A stretch of 64,000 nucleotides of DNA, taken from the NCBI GenBank assembly GCA_043827405.1, contig JBDRPD010000063.1, positions 1-64,000 on the forward strand. Direction: 5' to 3'. This DNA comes from Elusimicrobiota bacterium. GTDB lineage: Bacteria > Elusimicrobiota > Elusimicrobia > UBA1565. Positions 9,752 through 18,255 of the stretch are shown here, one piece after another. Numbering within the stretch: the first letter of the stretch is position 1; each line of letters starts with the position of its first letter. Under the pieces are notes generated by a model. That model saw only the letters and a program-made list of their open reading frames with translations, did no database searches and was not told the DNA's origin. Both the position numbers and the translations under genes were made by a program.

Positions 9752-11294
9752 GGTTCAGCCTCCTCGCCGGCCGCAAGCCGCCGATTTTCGGGACATCCGC
9801 CGCCGCCGGCTTGGCATCGGGCCGCAGCTTCCAGTGCGCCACCCGGTTAACGATAACCGAGTCCTTGGTCGCGGCCACGTCGGTGTGGAAATAGTGGAAG
9901 ATCATGCGGATGCCGACCCGGATATAGCGCAGCAGCTCATCGAGGCTCCGCGTCCGCAGCAGCGTGCGCAGGATAAAGGAAGGCCGGAAGTAGAAGCCGT
10001 AGTAGGCCCGCTTCAGCAAATCCTCCACCTGCCGCTGCTCCATGCCCACCCAAGGCGCCGGCAGCCGCTCCTCGCCGACCTTGCCGGCGATGAATTCCTT
10101 CCAGTAATCGTAGCCGGTCTCCCGCGCCAGCCGCCGGTGCAGCGCGGAGCCCGGCTTGGCGATGGTGCGGCAGATCTGCACATAGTCGAGGCCGATGCTC
10201 TTGACGAAGCGCATAGTCTCGCGCACCGTCTCCGCGGTCTCCCCGGGATTGCCGATCATCAAGAACCCGAGGTTGCGGATGCCCAGACCCTGCGCCATGC
10301 GGATCGCGGCGGCGGTCTGCTCGCGGCGGATGCCCTTATTGACGCCGTCGAGCACCTCCTGCGAGCTCGACTCGATGCCCCAGAATATCATCCGGCAGCC
10401 GGCCGCGGCGGCCGCGCGCAGGATATCCTCATCGACCACGTCCACCCGGGTGCGGCAGGTCCAGGTGATGTCCAGCCCGCGGCGCCGGATCTCCGCGAAC
10501 AGGCGGCGGCAGCGGGGCTTGTTGATGAAGAAGGTGGCGTCGAAGAAGTCGATCTCCCGGATGCCGTACTTGTGATAGCATTCCTCGATCTCGCCGATCA
10601 CGCTCTCCCAGCTCCGTTCCCGGTAATGGTTAAGGCCGGCGATGGCGCAGAAGCTGCACTTGTACGGGCAGCCGGTCGAGGTCAGCATGACCGTATAGTT
10701 GCGCCGCTGCGAGACGAAGGAGCGGTATTTCCCGTTGGGCAGGAGGTGCCGCGCCGGGTAGGGGTAATCGTCGAAATCGGTCAGGCAGCCGGCCGGCGGA
10801 TTGATGCGAACCGCGCCCGCGGCGTCCTTCCAGCATAGGCCGGGAATATCCCGTAGGGGACCGGCGTCTTTTAAGGAGCGCAGGAAGAGCGGCAGGGTAT
10901 CCAGCGCCTCGCCGATTATCCCGTAATCGATCGCCTCATACGCCATGGTCTCTTCCGGATAGAGCGACAGATTGATCCCGCCGACCAGGACCGGAACGCC
11001 GGTGGTGAAGCGCAGGTATTTGATCCAGCCCAGCGTCTCCTGGAAATTGTAGGTATCGAGGCGGAAAGCCAGCAGGTCGGGAGCGAAGCGCCGCAGCCGC
11101 CCGCTCACATCTTCCCGGCTCAGGCCGAGCGCGGCGGCATCAAGCAGCAGCACCTCATGCCCGGCCCGCTCCAGAACAGCGGCCACATAGGCGAGGATGA
11201 TCGGCGGAGCCAGCACGAACTCCTCATCGATCACCTTGAGATTCTCGGAGAACCTCCGGTGATGGTGCGGCGGATATACTATCGCCACCTTCAT
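9741..11294 (-). CDS. B12-binding radical SAM protein
   Basis: N-terminal cobalamin-binding domain (PPIILAYVAAVL..AGHEV), GCPYKCSFC, WGIESSS, IGNPGET. Start at the ATGA overlap at 11294. Confidence 0.9.
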   Translation of the reverse strand: MKVAIVYPPHHHRRFSENLKVIDEEFVLAPPIILAYVAAVLERAGHEVLLLDAAALGLSREDVSGRLRRFAPDLLAFRLDTYNFQETLGWIKYLRFTTGVPVLVGGINLSLYPEETMAYEAIDYGIIGEALDTLPLFLRSLKDAGPLRDIPGLCWKDAAGAVRINPPAGCLTDFDDYPYPARHLLPNGKYRSFVSQRRNYTVMLTSTGCPYKCSFCAIAGLNHYRERSWESVIGEIEECYHKYGIREIDFFDATFFINKPRCRRLFAEIRRRGLDITWTCRTRVDVVDEDILRAAAAAGCRMIFWGIESSSQEVLDGVNKGIRREQTAAAIRMAQGLGIRNLGFLMIGNPGETAETVRETMRFVKSIGLDYVQICRTIAKPGSALHRRLARETGYDYWKEFIAGKVGEERLPAPWVGMEQRQVEDLLKRAYYGFYFRPSFILRTLLRTRSLDELLRYIRVGIRMIFHYFHTDVAATKDSVIVNRVAHWKLRPDAKPAAADVPKIGGLRPARRLNREA

Positions 11295-12385
11295 GACTTC
11301 ACTCCGCACAATGCGCCGGCTTTCCGGACGCCCGCCTGCGCGAGCAGCGGCAGCAGCAGTCCGGCGCTGAAAAAAGTGTTGAGCTGCAGATTGCACTCGC
11401 AGGTGCAGCAGCAGTCCGCCGCGATGCGGTCCCGCACCCGGCGGCTGGCGGCGGAAGACCACAGCCGCCGGAAATCCCAGCCCTGCTCGCGCAGGTTGCC
11501 CATTTTGGCATCCAGACCCTCGCAGGGGAAGACATTAAGGAAAGAGTCGATGACCGCGCTCAGCCGTCCCGCCCGGCACTCCATGGGATAGCGGCCGGTA
11601 CGCAAGATCTTCTCGATATGTCCCGCCACTTCGGACTTGTAGGCGGCATAGAAGCTGCCTCCGCCCTCGGCGAGCTGGTCTTCCAGGATGCGGTCATAAA
11701 GCCGGCGGTAGATATCGACATCCGCGCCCTTGAGCGCGGGATCCTTAACCCCGCCGCGGATGAAATTCAGGCCGACGACATCGGGCGCCAGCTCGCGCCG
11801 AACATGGTCATAGGTCTCGCTGAGCCGCTCCTCATTGGCCTTCGACAGCGTCATGAGGACGCCGACCCGCAGCTGGGCATGCGTCTTCTTAAGCTCTTTG
11901 AGCGCGGCCAAGGTCTCAATGGCCCGGTCGAAGCTGCCGGCACGCCCGCGCAGGGCGTCATGCGCCTCCCCGAGCCCGTCCAGCGAAACCTTGATAACGA
12001 CCTTGCAGTCCGGCGTCTTTGCCAGGAGCTTGCGGGCCAGGCCGGTAATCCGCGCCGGCAAATAGCCGTTGGTGGGAATCGATATCCGCGACACGCCGTT
12101 AACCCGGACCAAGGTCTCCGCTATCTCGGGGAGATCGCCGCGCAGGAAAGGCTCGCCCCCGCCCAGACTCAGGAAGCTGAAGCGGCCCATGGTCGGCGCC
12201 AGACGCGCCAGCTCGGCTAGAGTAAATTCCTCGCCGGCGCCGTTGAGCTCCCGCCAGTAGAAGCAGTGCCCGCAGCGCAGGTTGCAGCGACGGGTAACCA
12301 GCAAGGTGACCTGCTCCGGGAGGAGCGCCCCGCCAAGGTGGAGCATCCGCCTCGCCCAGCGTGTTTTTTCCGCCAACCCGGCCAT
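11291..12385 (-). CDS. Radical SAM/SPASM protein
   Basis: CNLRCGHC, GGGEPFLR, CRAGR...VFPCE...CCCTCEC. Start at the TAATG overlap at 12385; the longer track ORF overlaps the GT2. Confidence 0.9.
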   Translation of the reverse strand: MAGLAEKTRWARRMLHLGGALLPEQVTLLVTRRCNLRCGHCFYWRELNGAGEEFTLAELARLAPTMGRFSFLSLGGGEPFLRGDLPEIAETLVRVNGVSRISIPTNGYLPARITGLARKLLAKTPDCKVVIKVSLDGLGEAHDALRGRAGSFDRAIETLAALKELKKTHAQLRVGVLMTLSKANEERLSETYDHVRRELAPDVVGLNFIRGGVKDPALKGADVDIYRRLYDRILEDQLAEGGGSFYAAYKSEVAGHIEKILRTGRYPMECRAGRLSAVIDSFLNVFPCEGLDAKMGNLREQGWDFRRLWSSAASRRVRDRIAADCCCTCECNLQLNTFFSAGLLLPLLAQAGVRKAGALCGVKS

Positions 12386-13410
12386 TAGGCTCTCCTCTCC
12401 GCGGCGGGAACCAGATACCCGCCCGCCGCGGCCAGCACCGCCAGCTGCGCCGCCAGCATCTCGAAATAGCAGACCACGAGGCAGCGCGCGGCGGCCGACG
12501 CGCCGTGATTGCGGCGCACGACGTTCACGAAGCCGATATTGAGCAGCGCGAACAAAACGATCATCCCCAGCCCCAGCCCGGCGAACAGCGCCTCGCGGTA
12601 AACCGCCAAAAGCGCCGCGTCGGCCAGGATCAGCGCCGATAAAATGACGCTCAAAAATTCCGGTACCATGCTCCCCTTGGTGTTGAGCGAGAAAGTCATG
12701 GGGGCGGCGGCATCTTCCCGGCGGCCGAAACGGCGGTCCAAAAGCAGGCCCGCCTTGGCCCGCACCTTGCGAAAGTCCGTCCGCAGCAGGCTCCAGAGGG
12801 TATAGTGCTTGCGATGCCGCACCTGGATCTTCTTGTCGAGGACGATGCGGCGGCCCATGGCCGCCAGCCGCATGCCGAGCTCCACATCCTCGACGCCCTC
12901 GGCCCGCGGGTCGAAGCCGCCCGCGATCTCGAATGCCTCGCGCCGGACCGCGAAGCAATAGCTGTTGAGGCCGGCGATATAGCCGTCCCGCATCCGCTGC
13001 GTCTTGTGGCATTTATAATAATGCCGCGCCAAAGAGGCGGAGCCGGCGGAGTCGGTCTCCAGCGCGTACACTCCCTGCACGGCATCGGCCTCCGGATGCT
13101 CGGCGAAGGCCCGCAGAACCGCCTCCAGCCCGCCCGCCTGCAAAGTCGTATCGGCATCGAGAAACAGCAGCAGTTCCCCCGCCGCCCGCTGGGCGCCGGC
13201 ATTGCGCGCCGCCGCCGCCCCCGAGCAAGCGCCCAGGGCCACGGTCGCGCAGGAAAACTCCTGGGCGATCTGCGGGGTGCGGTCCCGGGAGCCGTCATCG
13301 ACCACGATCACCTCGAGCCCCCGCACCGCCTGGGAGAAAACCGCCTCCAGGCAGGCCCGGATATCGTTCTCGGCATTATGCGCCGGGATGATGACCGAGA
13401 GCTTAGCCAC
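12385..13410 (-). CDS. Glycosyltransferase family 2 with C-terminal TM helices
   Basis: LSVIIPAHN, VIVVDDGS, AARNAG, FLDAD and GVEDVELG motifs. Confidence 0.9.
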   Translation of the reverse strand: MAKLSVIIPAHNAENDIRACLEAVFSQAVRGLEVIVVDDGSRDRTPQIAQEFSCATVALGACSGAAAARNAGAQRAAGELLLFLDADTTLQAGGLEAVLRAFAEHPEADAVQGVYALETDSAGSASLARHYYKCHKTQRMRDGYIAGLNSYCFAVRREAFEIAGGFDPRAEGVEDVELGMRLAAMGRRIVLDKKIQVRHRKHYTLWSLLRTDFRKVRAKAGLLLDRRFGRREDAAAPMTFSLNTKGSMVPEFLSVILSALILADAALLAVYREALFAGLGLGMIVLFALLNIGFVNVVRRNHGASAAARCLVVCYFEMLAAQLAVLAAAGGYLVPAAERRA

Positions 13411-13915
13411 CGCGGCCCCCCTGTATTATGCGGCGCTCATAAGCGCGGAGTTTGGCGTAAATCTTGAGCGCATCCCCGGCATAGTCGATCTTGAAGCGGC
13501 GCTCGGTTTTCTCGCCTGTCGGCGTCACGCCCTGCAGCGTAAGATGCGAGGCGATACGCTTGTCCTTGCGGTCGGGATACTCCAGGACCTTGCCCACTGC
13601 CGCGATCTCGGCGAACAGCTTGGCGAATTCGCCTTCCGCCAGCTTCAGCTCGGCGTCCACCGGCTGCTGGAAGCCGCCGCTCAGGCGGGCGGTCTCGGCG
13701 TCCAGCGTCAGGACTTCCTGCTTGCCGGTGAGAACGCTGCGCATGCGCAGCTCGATGCTCCGGCCCTCGCCCAAGTCGTCCAGGCGCACCGAGTTCTCGC
13801 GCTCCGGCGGCGCCGCCGGCTTGACCGGCTGGGCGGACTTGCCGGCCGTCTTGCAGGCGCTCAGCCCCGACGCCAACACGCAGACGCACAGCAGTACGGC
13901 GCGGGCGCGCAGCAT
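13403..13915 (-). CDS. Hypothetical lipoprotein
   Basis: MLRARAVLLCVCVLASGLSA/C lipobox; overlaps the GT2 start. Confidence 0.6.
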   Translation of the reverse strand: MLRARAVLLCVCVLASGLSACKTAGKSAQPVKPAAPPERENSVRLDDLGEGRSIELRMRSVLTGKQEVLTLDAETARLSGGFQQPVDAELKLAEGEFAKLFAEIAAVGKVLEYPDRKDKRIASHLTLQGVTPTGEKTERRFKIDYAGDALKIYAKLRAYERRIIQGGRGG

Positions 13916-14136
13916 ACCTATTAGCGCGCGCGCGCGAAAAAAAGGCTTCGGGTTCGAGTAATGTCCCATTTTACCCAACCGCGGCTGGCCGTCAGCCAAC
14001 GTTTTATTGCGTCTCTCGGCGGTACTTTCGGTCCTGCTCGTGGTGTCGCTCGTGTTCCTTGGTCCGCGGGCCGCCCCTCAAGGACGGACCGCGACGGGGC
14101 ACGACGCTCCCTGTGGGTACGGGGAGCCCCCGGGAG

Positions 14137-14670
14137 TCACAGCAGGAGGACTTGGACGCGGACGCGTCCGGGAGTGAGGGTGAATTGCAGCGGAGATAAT
14201 ACCGGCGCCGCAGGTCCGTCCGGGGCGCGCCCGACGACGCAGGCCGCGGGCGGACGAACCTTGGGAGAGCGCTGGGGGGTTAAAGCTGAAATTTTTTCGC
14301 CGCCATGCGCCGCCGGCAGCTCGCCCCGGAGCGCCGCGGCGACGAGATTGGAACGGTCCAGGTAGTTCAGCAGGGCCTTGAGTCCGCCCATAGACGACAG
14401 GCCCGCGGCCTCATGCGCGACCGCCTGCTCGCCGGCGCGAATCTCGCGCTGCAGGTCGCGGCGCGAGATCAGGCGGTTGCGGTAATCGCGCAGCTCGATG
14501 CCGTCCGTATGCATGACCACGCGCCAGGCGTCGGTCCGCGACACCTGGCGCATCGCCGAGCGCGAAGACTCCGTCGCGAACAACGGCAGCGCCGCCGCCA
14601 AGCAAAAAGCCAAGAGTCCCAACAAAGTTAGGAACCTCTTGGCGCTGCTTACCCTTCGGCGTTTTATCAT
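14137..14670 (-). CDS. Hypothetical exported/membrane protein directly downstream of the riboswitch
   Basis: Basic N-terminus plus hydrophobic helix; Pro-rich C-terminus; 120 nt after the aptamer. Confidence 0.6.
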   Translation of the reverse strand: MIKRRRVSSAKRFLTLLGLLAFCLAAALPLFATESSRSAMRQVSRTDAWRVVMHTDGIELRDYRNRLISRRDLQREIRAGEQAVAHEAAGLSSMGGLKALLNYLDRSNLVAAALRGELPAAHGGEKISALTPQRSPKVRPPAACVVGRAPDGPAAPVLSPLQFTLTPGRVRVQVLLL

Positions 14671-14681
14671 CGCTTCAACCC

Positions 14682-14748
14682 AAAACGGAGCCCGGCCTCG
14701 CCAACTATCTTACCCCTCTATCCCGAAGATAGCAAGCCAAGGCCGGGC
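14682..14748 (-). terminator. Long hairpin with short U-tract; probable riboswitch expression platform
   Basis: GCCCGGCCUUG...CUAUCUU / AAGAUAG...CGAGGCCGGGC followed by UCCGUUUU. Confidence 0.45.
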
Positions 14749-14790
14749 CAAATCTGGTGAAGCGTATGTTGACCGGTTTTCCTTGTCCAT

Positions 14791-14921
14791 GAGCTACTTT
14801 CGGCAACCGGGCCACCCATCACGGGCCCCAGGCTTTGCGCCCCCGGCTTACGCCCTGGCGCTCGACTCCACTGCGCCAGGCTCAGCAACGCTGAGCGGGT
14901 TTGCTATTATCGCTGCAACTC
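14791..14921 (-). ncRNA. GEMM-I (c-di-GMP-I class) riboswitch, A20 variant (candidate 3',3'-cGAMP sensor)
   Basis: Minus strand: P1 GAGUUGC/GUAGCUC; CGAUAAUAGCAAACCC...GGC-GUAA-GCC-GGGGGCGCAAAGCC...CCGGUUGCCGAAA; begins just after a sigma70-type promoter. Confidence 0.85.
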
Positions 14922-14930
14922 TACAGTCCC

Positions 14931-14958
14931 AGTATAACACGATGCCTTGATTTGTCAA
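14931..14958 (-). promoter_or_regulatory. Sigma70-type promoter of the riboswitch leader
   Basis: TTGACA (14953-14958), 16-nt spacer, extended -10 TGt-TATACT (14931-14936). Confidence 0.75.
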
Positions 14959-14991
14959 GACCTAAACCCTTGACAAGCCCCCCTCCCCAAC

Positions 14992-15086
14992 AAGTTTTGG
15001 TACCGGCCTTCAACTTATTGGAATTATTCCGTCGGCCGTCGTGGATAAGTACAAAACTCTAATAAGTTGAAGGCCGGTACCAAAAC

Positions 15087-15088
<2 letters not shown>
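14992..15088. repeat. GGTACCGG-type inverted-repeat element, subtype A copy 1
   Basis: Perfect 28-bp arms AAGTTTTGGTACCGGCCTTCAACTTATT (14992-15019 and 15061-15088); overlaps the purA stop codon. Confidence 0.9.
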
Positions 15089-16370
<1,282 letters not shown>

Positions 16371-17342
16371 CTAGGTCCTCCCGAAGATTTTCTTCCACCA
16401 CGGCATATTCGACAGGCGCGGCACGGCCTTGAGCATGGTCGTCCCGCTAACGGTCAGGTCGCCGCAGACCCCCGCCGAAAAGCGCACGCGGATCGTCATG
16501 CGCCCCAGCTCGTCCTTCTCAATGGCTTCCACCGGCACCAGAAGCGGCGACCCGCCCTCCTCCGAGCGTGAGCCGAACAGCTTGCTCAAATACTGCGCGA
16601 TATCGCGCGTATCGCTGATGCGCGTATAGACGAGATCGCCGGCGCTCAAGGACGCCGCCGGAGTCCCCCCCGCCTCATCGTGCTCGAAATCCACGTCCAA
16701 CACCAGCATGCCGCCGGGAACCTGCCGCTGCGTCCCCTTCGAGCGGGATTTACGCTTGGCGCCTTTCCCCCCGCCGGACGCCTCGCCCCGGGGACGCACC
16801 TCGCGAAACTGTCCCATGTCCAGCAGATCCTGCTGGGCGAACAGCTCGACGGCGGAGCCCAGCTTGGCCGACAAGGCCGTGCGCAGGACGGCGAAATCAT
16901 CATGCGTATAGTCGCTCCTCTCATTATAGAAGTTGGCGGCTTCCGGCGAGGCGAAATAGGACGACAGCAAATGCTCGACCGACTGGCTCTCCTCCTGCAC
17001 GGTGCCGACCCACAAACGGCAGGCATAGAGACGAGCCTCGAAGTCGAACCAGTGCTGATCAAGCTCGCTGACGAAAACGGCGGGGTTATGGGAGACCACG
17101 GCCCGGGCCCGCAGCAGCGATTTTTCCTTAAGGTTGAGGATAACCAGCAGCAAGCCGTAGCGCGAAACCTCGACGGCGCGGATACGGGCCTTGAGCACGA
17201 CGATATTCTGAAACAGACGCGGGATAGCCTTCACCGCGCTCTCCAGGTCGAAGCCGCATAGCTCAAGCGCGAGTTCGGCCTCGCCCCGATCGCAGCCGGT
17301 TTCCTCAATAAGCAGGGCGACCTTATCCTGCGGCTTAGCCAC
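16371..17342 (-). CDS. Hypothetical protein with N-terminal UBA/EF-Ts-N-like helical domain
   Basis: VALLIEETGCDRGEAELALELCGFDLESAVKAI pattern; packed between xerC and purA. Confidence 0.65.
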   Translation of the reverse strand: MAKPQDKVALLIEETGCDRGEAELALELCGFDLESAVKAIPRLFQNIVVLKARIRAVEVSRYGLLLVILNLKEKSLLRARAVVSHNPAVFVSELDQHWFDFEARLYACRLWVGTVQEESQSVEHLLSSYFASPEAANFYNERSDYTHDDFAVLRTALSAKLGSAVELFAQQDLLDMGQFREVRPRGEASGGGKGAKRKSRSKGTQRQVPGGMLVLDVDFEHDEAGGTPAASLSAGDLVYTRISDTRDIAQYLSKLFGSRSEEGGSPLLVPVEAIEKDELGRMTIRVRFSAGVCGDLTVSGTTMLKAVPRLSNMPWWKKIFGRT

Positions 17343-18255
17343 TCACGGCCTCCCCTCCCGAATCGCGGTTTCGGGGATGGCTGCTCTCATAAACCTTCTT
17401 CAGGCCCTCCAGCGAGACATGGGTATAGACCTGGGTGGAAGACAGGCTCTTGTGGCCGAGCATCTCCTGCAGGGAGCGCAGATCACAGCCGCCGTTGAGC
17501 AGCTGGGTCGCGAAGCTGTGCCGTATCGCATGCGGGGATACCGCCTTATGCAGTCCGGAGGACCGCACGCAGCGCCGCACAATGAGAGCGATCCCCCCGC
17601 CGCTTAAGGCGCCGCACCGGGCGTTAAGCCATAGGGGATCCTGGTCTCCTGCTTGCGGGCGGGGGCGCGCCCGAAGATATTCCCGCACCGCCGCCAGCGC
17701 GATGTCGCCCACCGGCACGATGCGCTCGCGCGAACCCTTGCCGAAAACCCGGACCACCCCGCCCACGAAGTCGATGTCGGAGGCCTGCAGGCCGGCCAGC
17801 TCCGCACGCCGCAGGCCGCTCGAATACAGGAGCTCAAGAATGGCCCGGTCGCGCAGCTCCGTCCAGCCGCCGCCCATCCCCGCCTGATCGAGAATCCGGC
17901 TCATCTCGGAGTCGGTCAGGAACTGCGGCAGGCGCTTTTCCTTCTTGGGGATGGGGACATTAAGAAACGGATCGCCCTTGAGCTCCCCCTCCTCCAGCAG
18001 GTGCCGGCAAAACGAGCGCAGGCTGGAAATCCGCCGCAGCAGAGTCCCGCGGCTTAGGCCGCCCTGGTTAAGATGGGCGATATAGGAACGGACGCGGCGG
18101 CGGTCGATATCGCTCGGCTTCGGCCCGCCGGCGCCCTCGCCGCCGCAATAGGACGCGAAGCCTTCCAGATCCGAGGAATAGGCGCGGAGGGTATGGGACG
18201 AAAAGTTGCGTTGCGAACGGAGTCGGTTCAGGAAGCGCCGAATCCGGAGCTTCAC
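17335..18255 (-). CDS. xerC: Tyrosine recombinase XerC
   Basis: LYSSGLR, GKGSRER, PHAIRHSFAT, LGH...TQVY; follows topA. Confidence 0.85.
   Translation of the reverse strand: MKLRIRRFLNRLRSQRNFSSHTLRAYSSDLEGFASYCGGEGAGGPKPSDIDRRRVRSYIAHLNQGGLSRGTLLRRISSLRSFCRHLLEEGELKGDPFLNVPIPKKEKRLPQFLTDSEMSRILDQAGMGGGWTELRDRAILELLYSSGLRRAELAGLQASDIDFVGGVVRVFGKGSRERIVPVGDIALAAVREYLRARPRPQAGDQDPLWLNARCGALSGGGIALIVRRCVRSSGLHKAVSPHAIRHSFATQLLNGGCDLRSLQEMLGHKSLSSTQVYTHVSLEGLKKVYESSHPRNRDSGGEAVSG

Noticed and set aside
8762..12385. RiPP biosynthetic cluster (radical SAM/SPASM enzymes)
   Set aside because: No precursor peptide, RRE domain, peptidase or exporter; the context is glycosyltransferases.
14011..14140. 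SRP (4.5S) RNA
   Set aside because: Lacks the conserved helix 8 CAGG-GNRA-AGCA motif at the apex.
14137..14250. RAPP-type ribosome arrest peptide at the end of the riboswitch-controlled ORF
   Set aside because: The sequence is RAPDGP, not RAPP or RGPP, and lies about 25 codons before the stop; too weak to claim.
17335..18255. Tyrosine recombinase as a prophage or island integrase
   Set aside because: XerC size and motifs in the housekeeping dprA-topA-xerC context; no att sites or phage genes.
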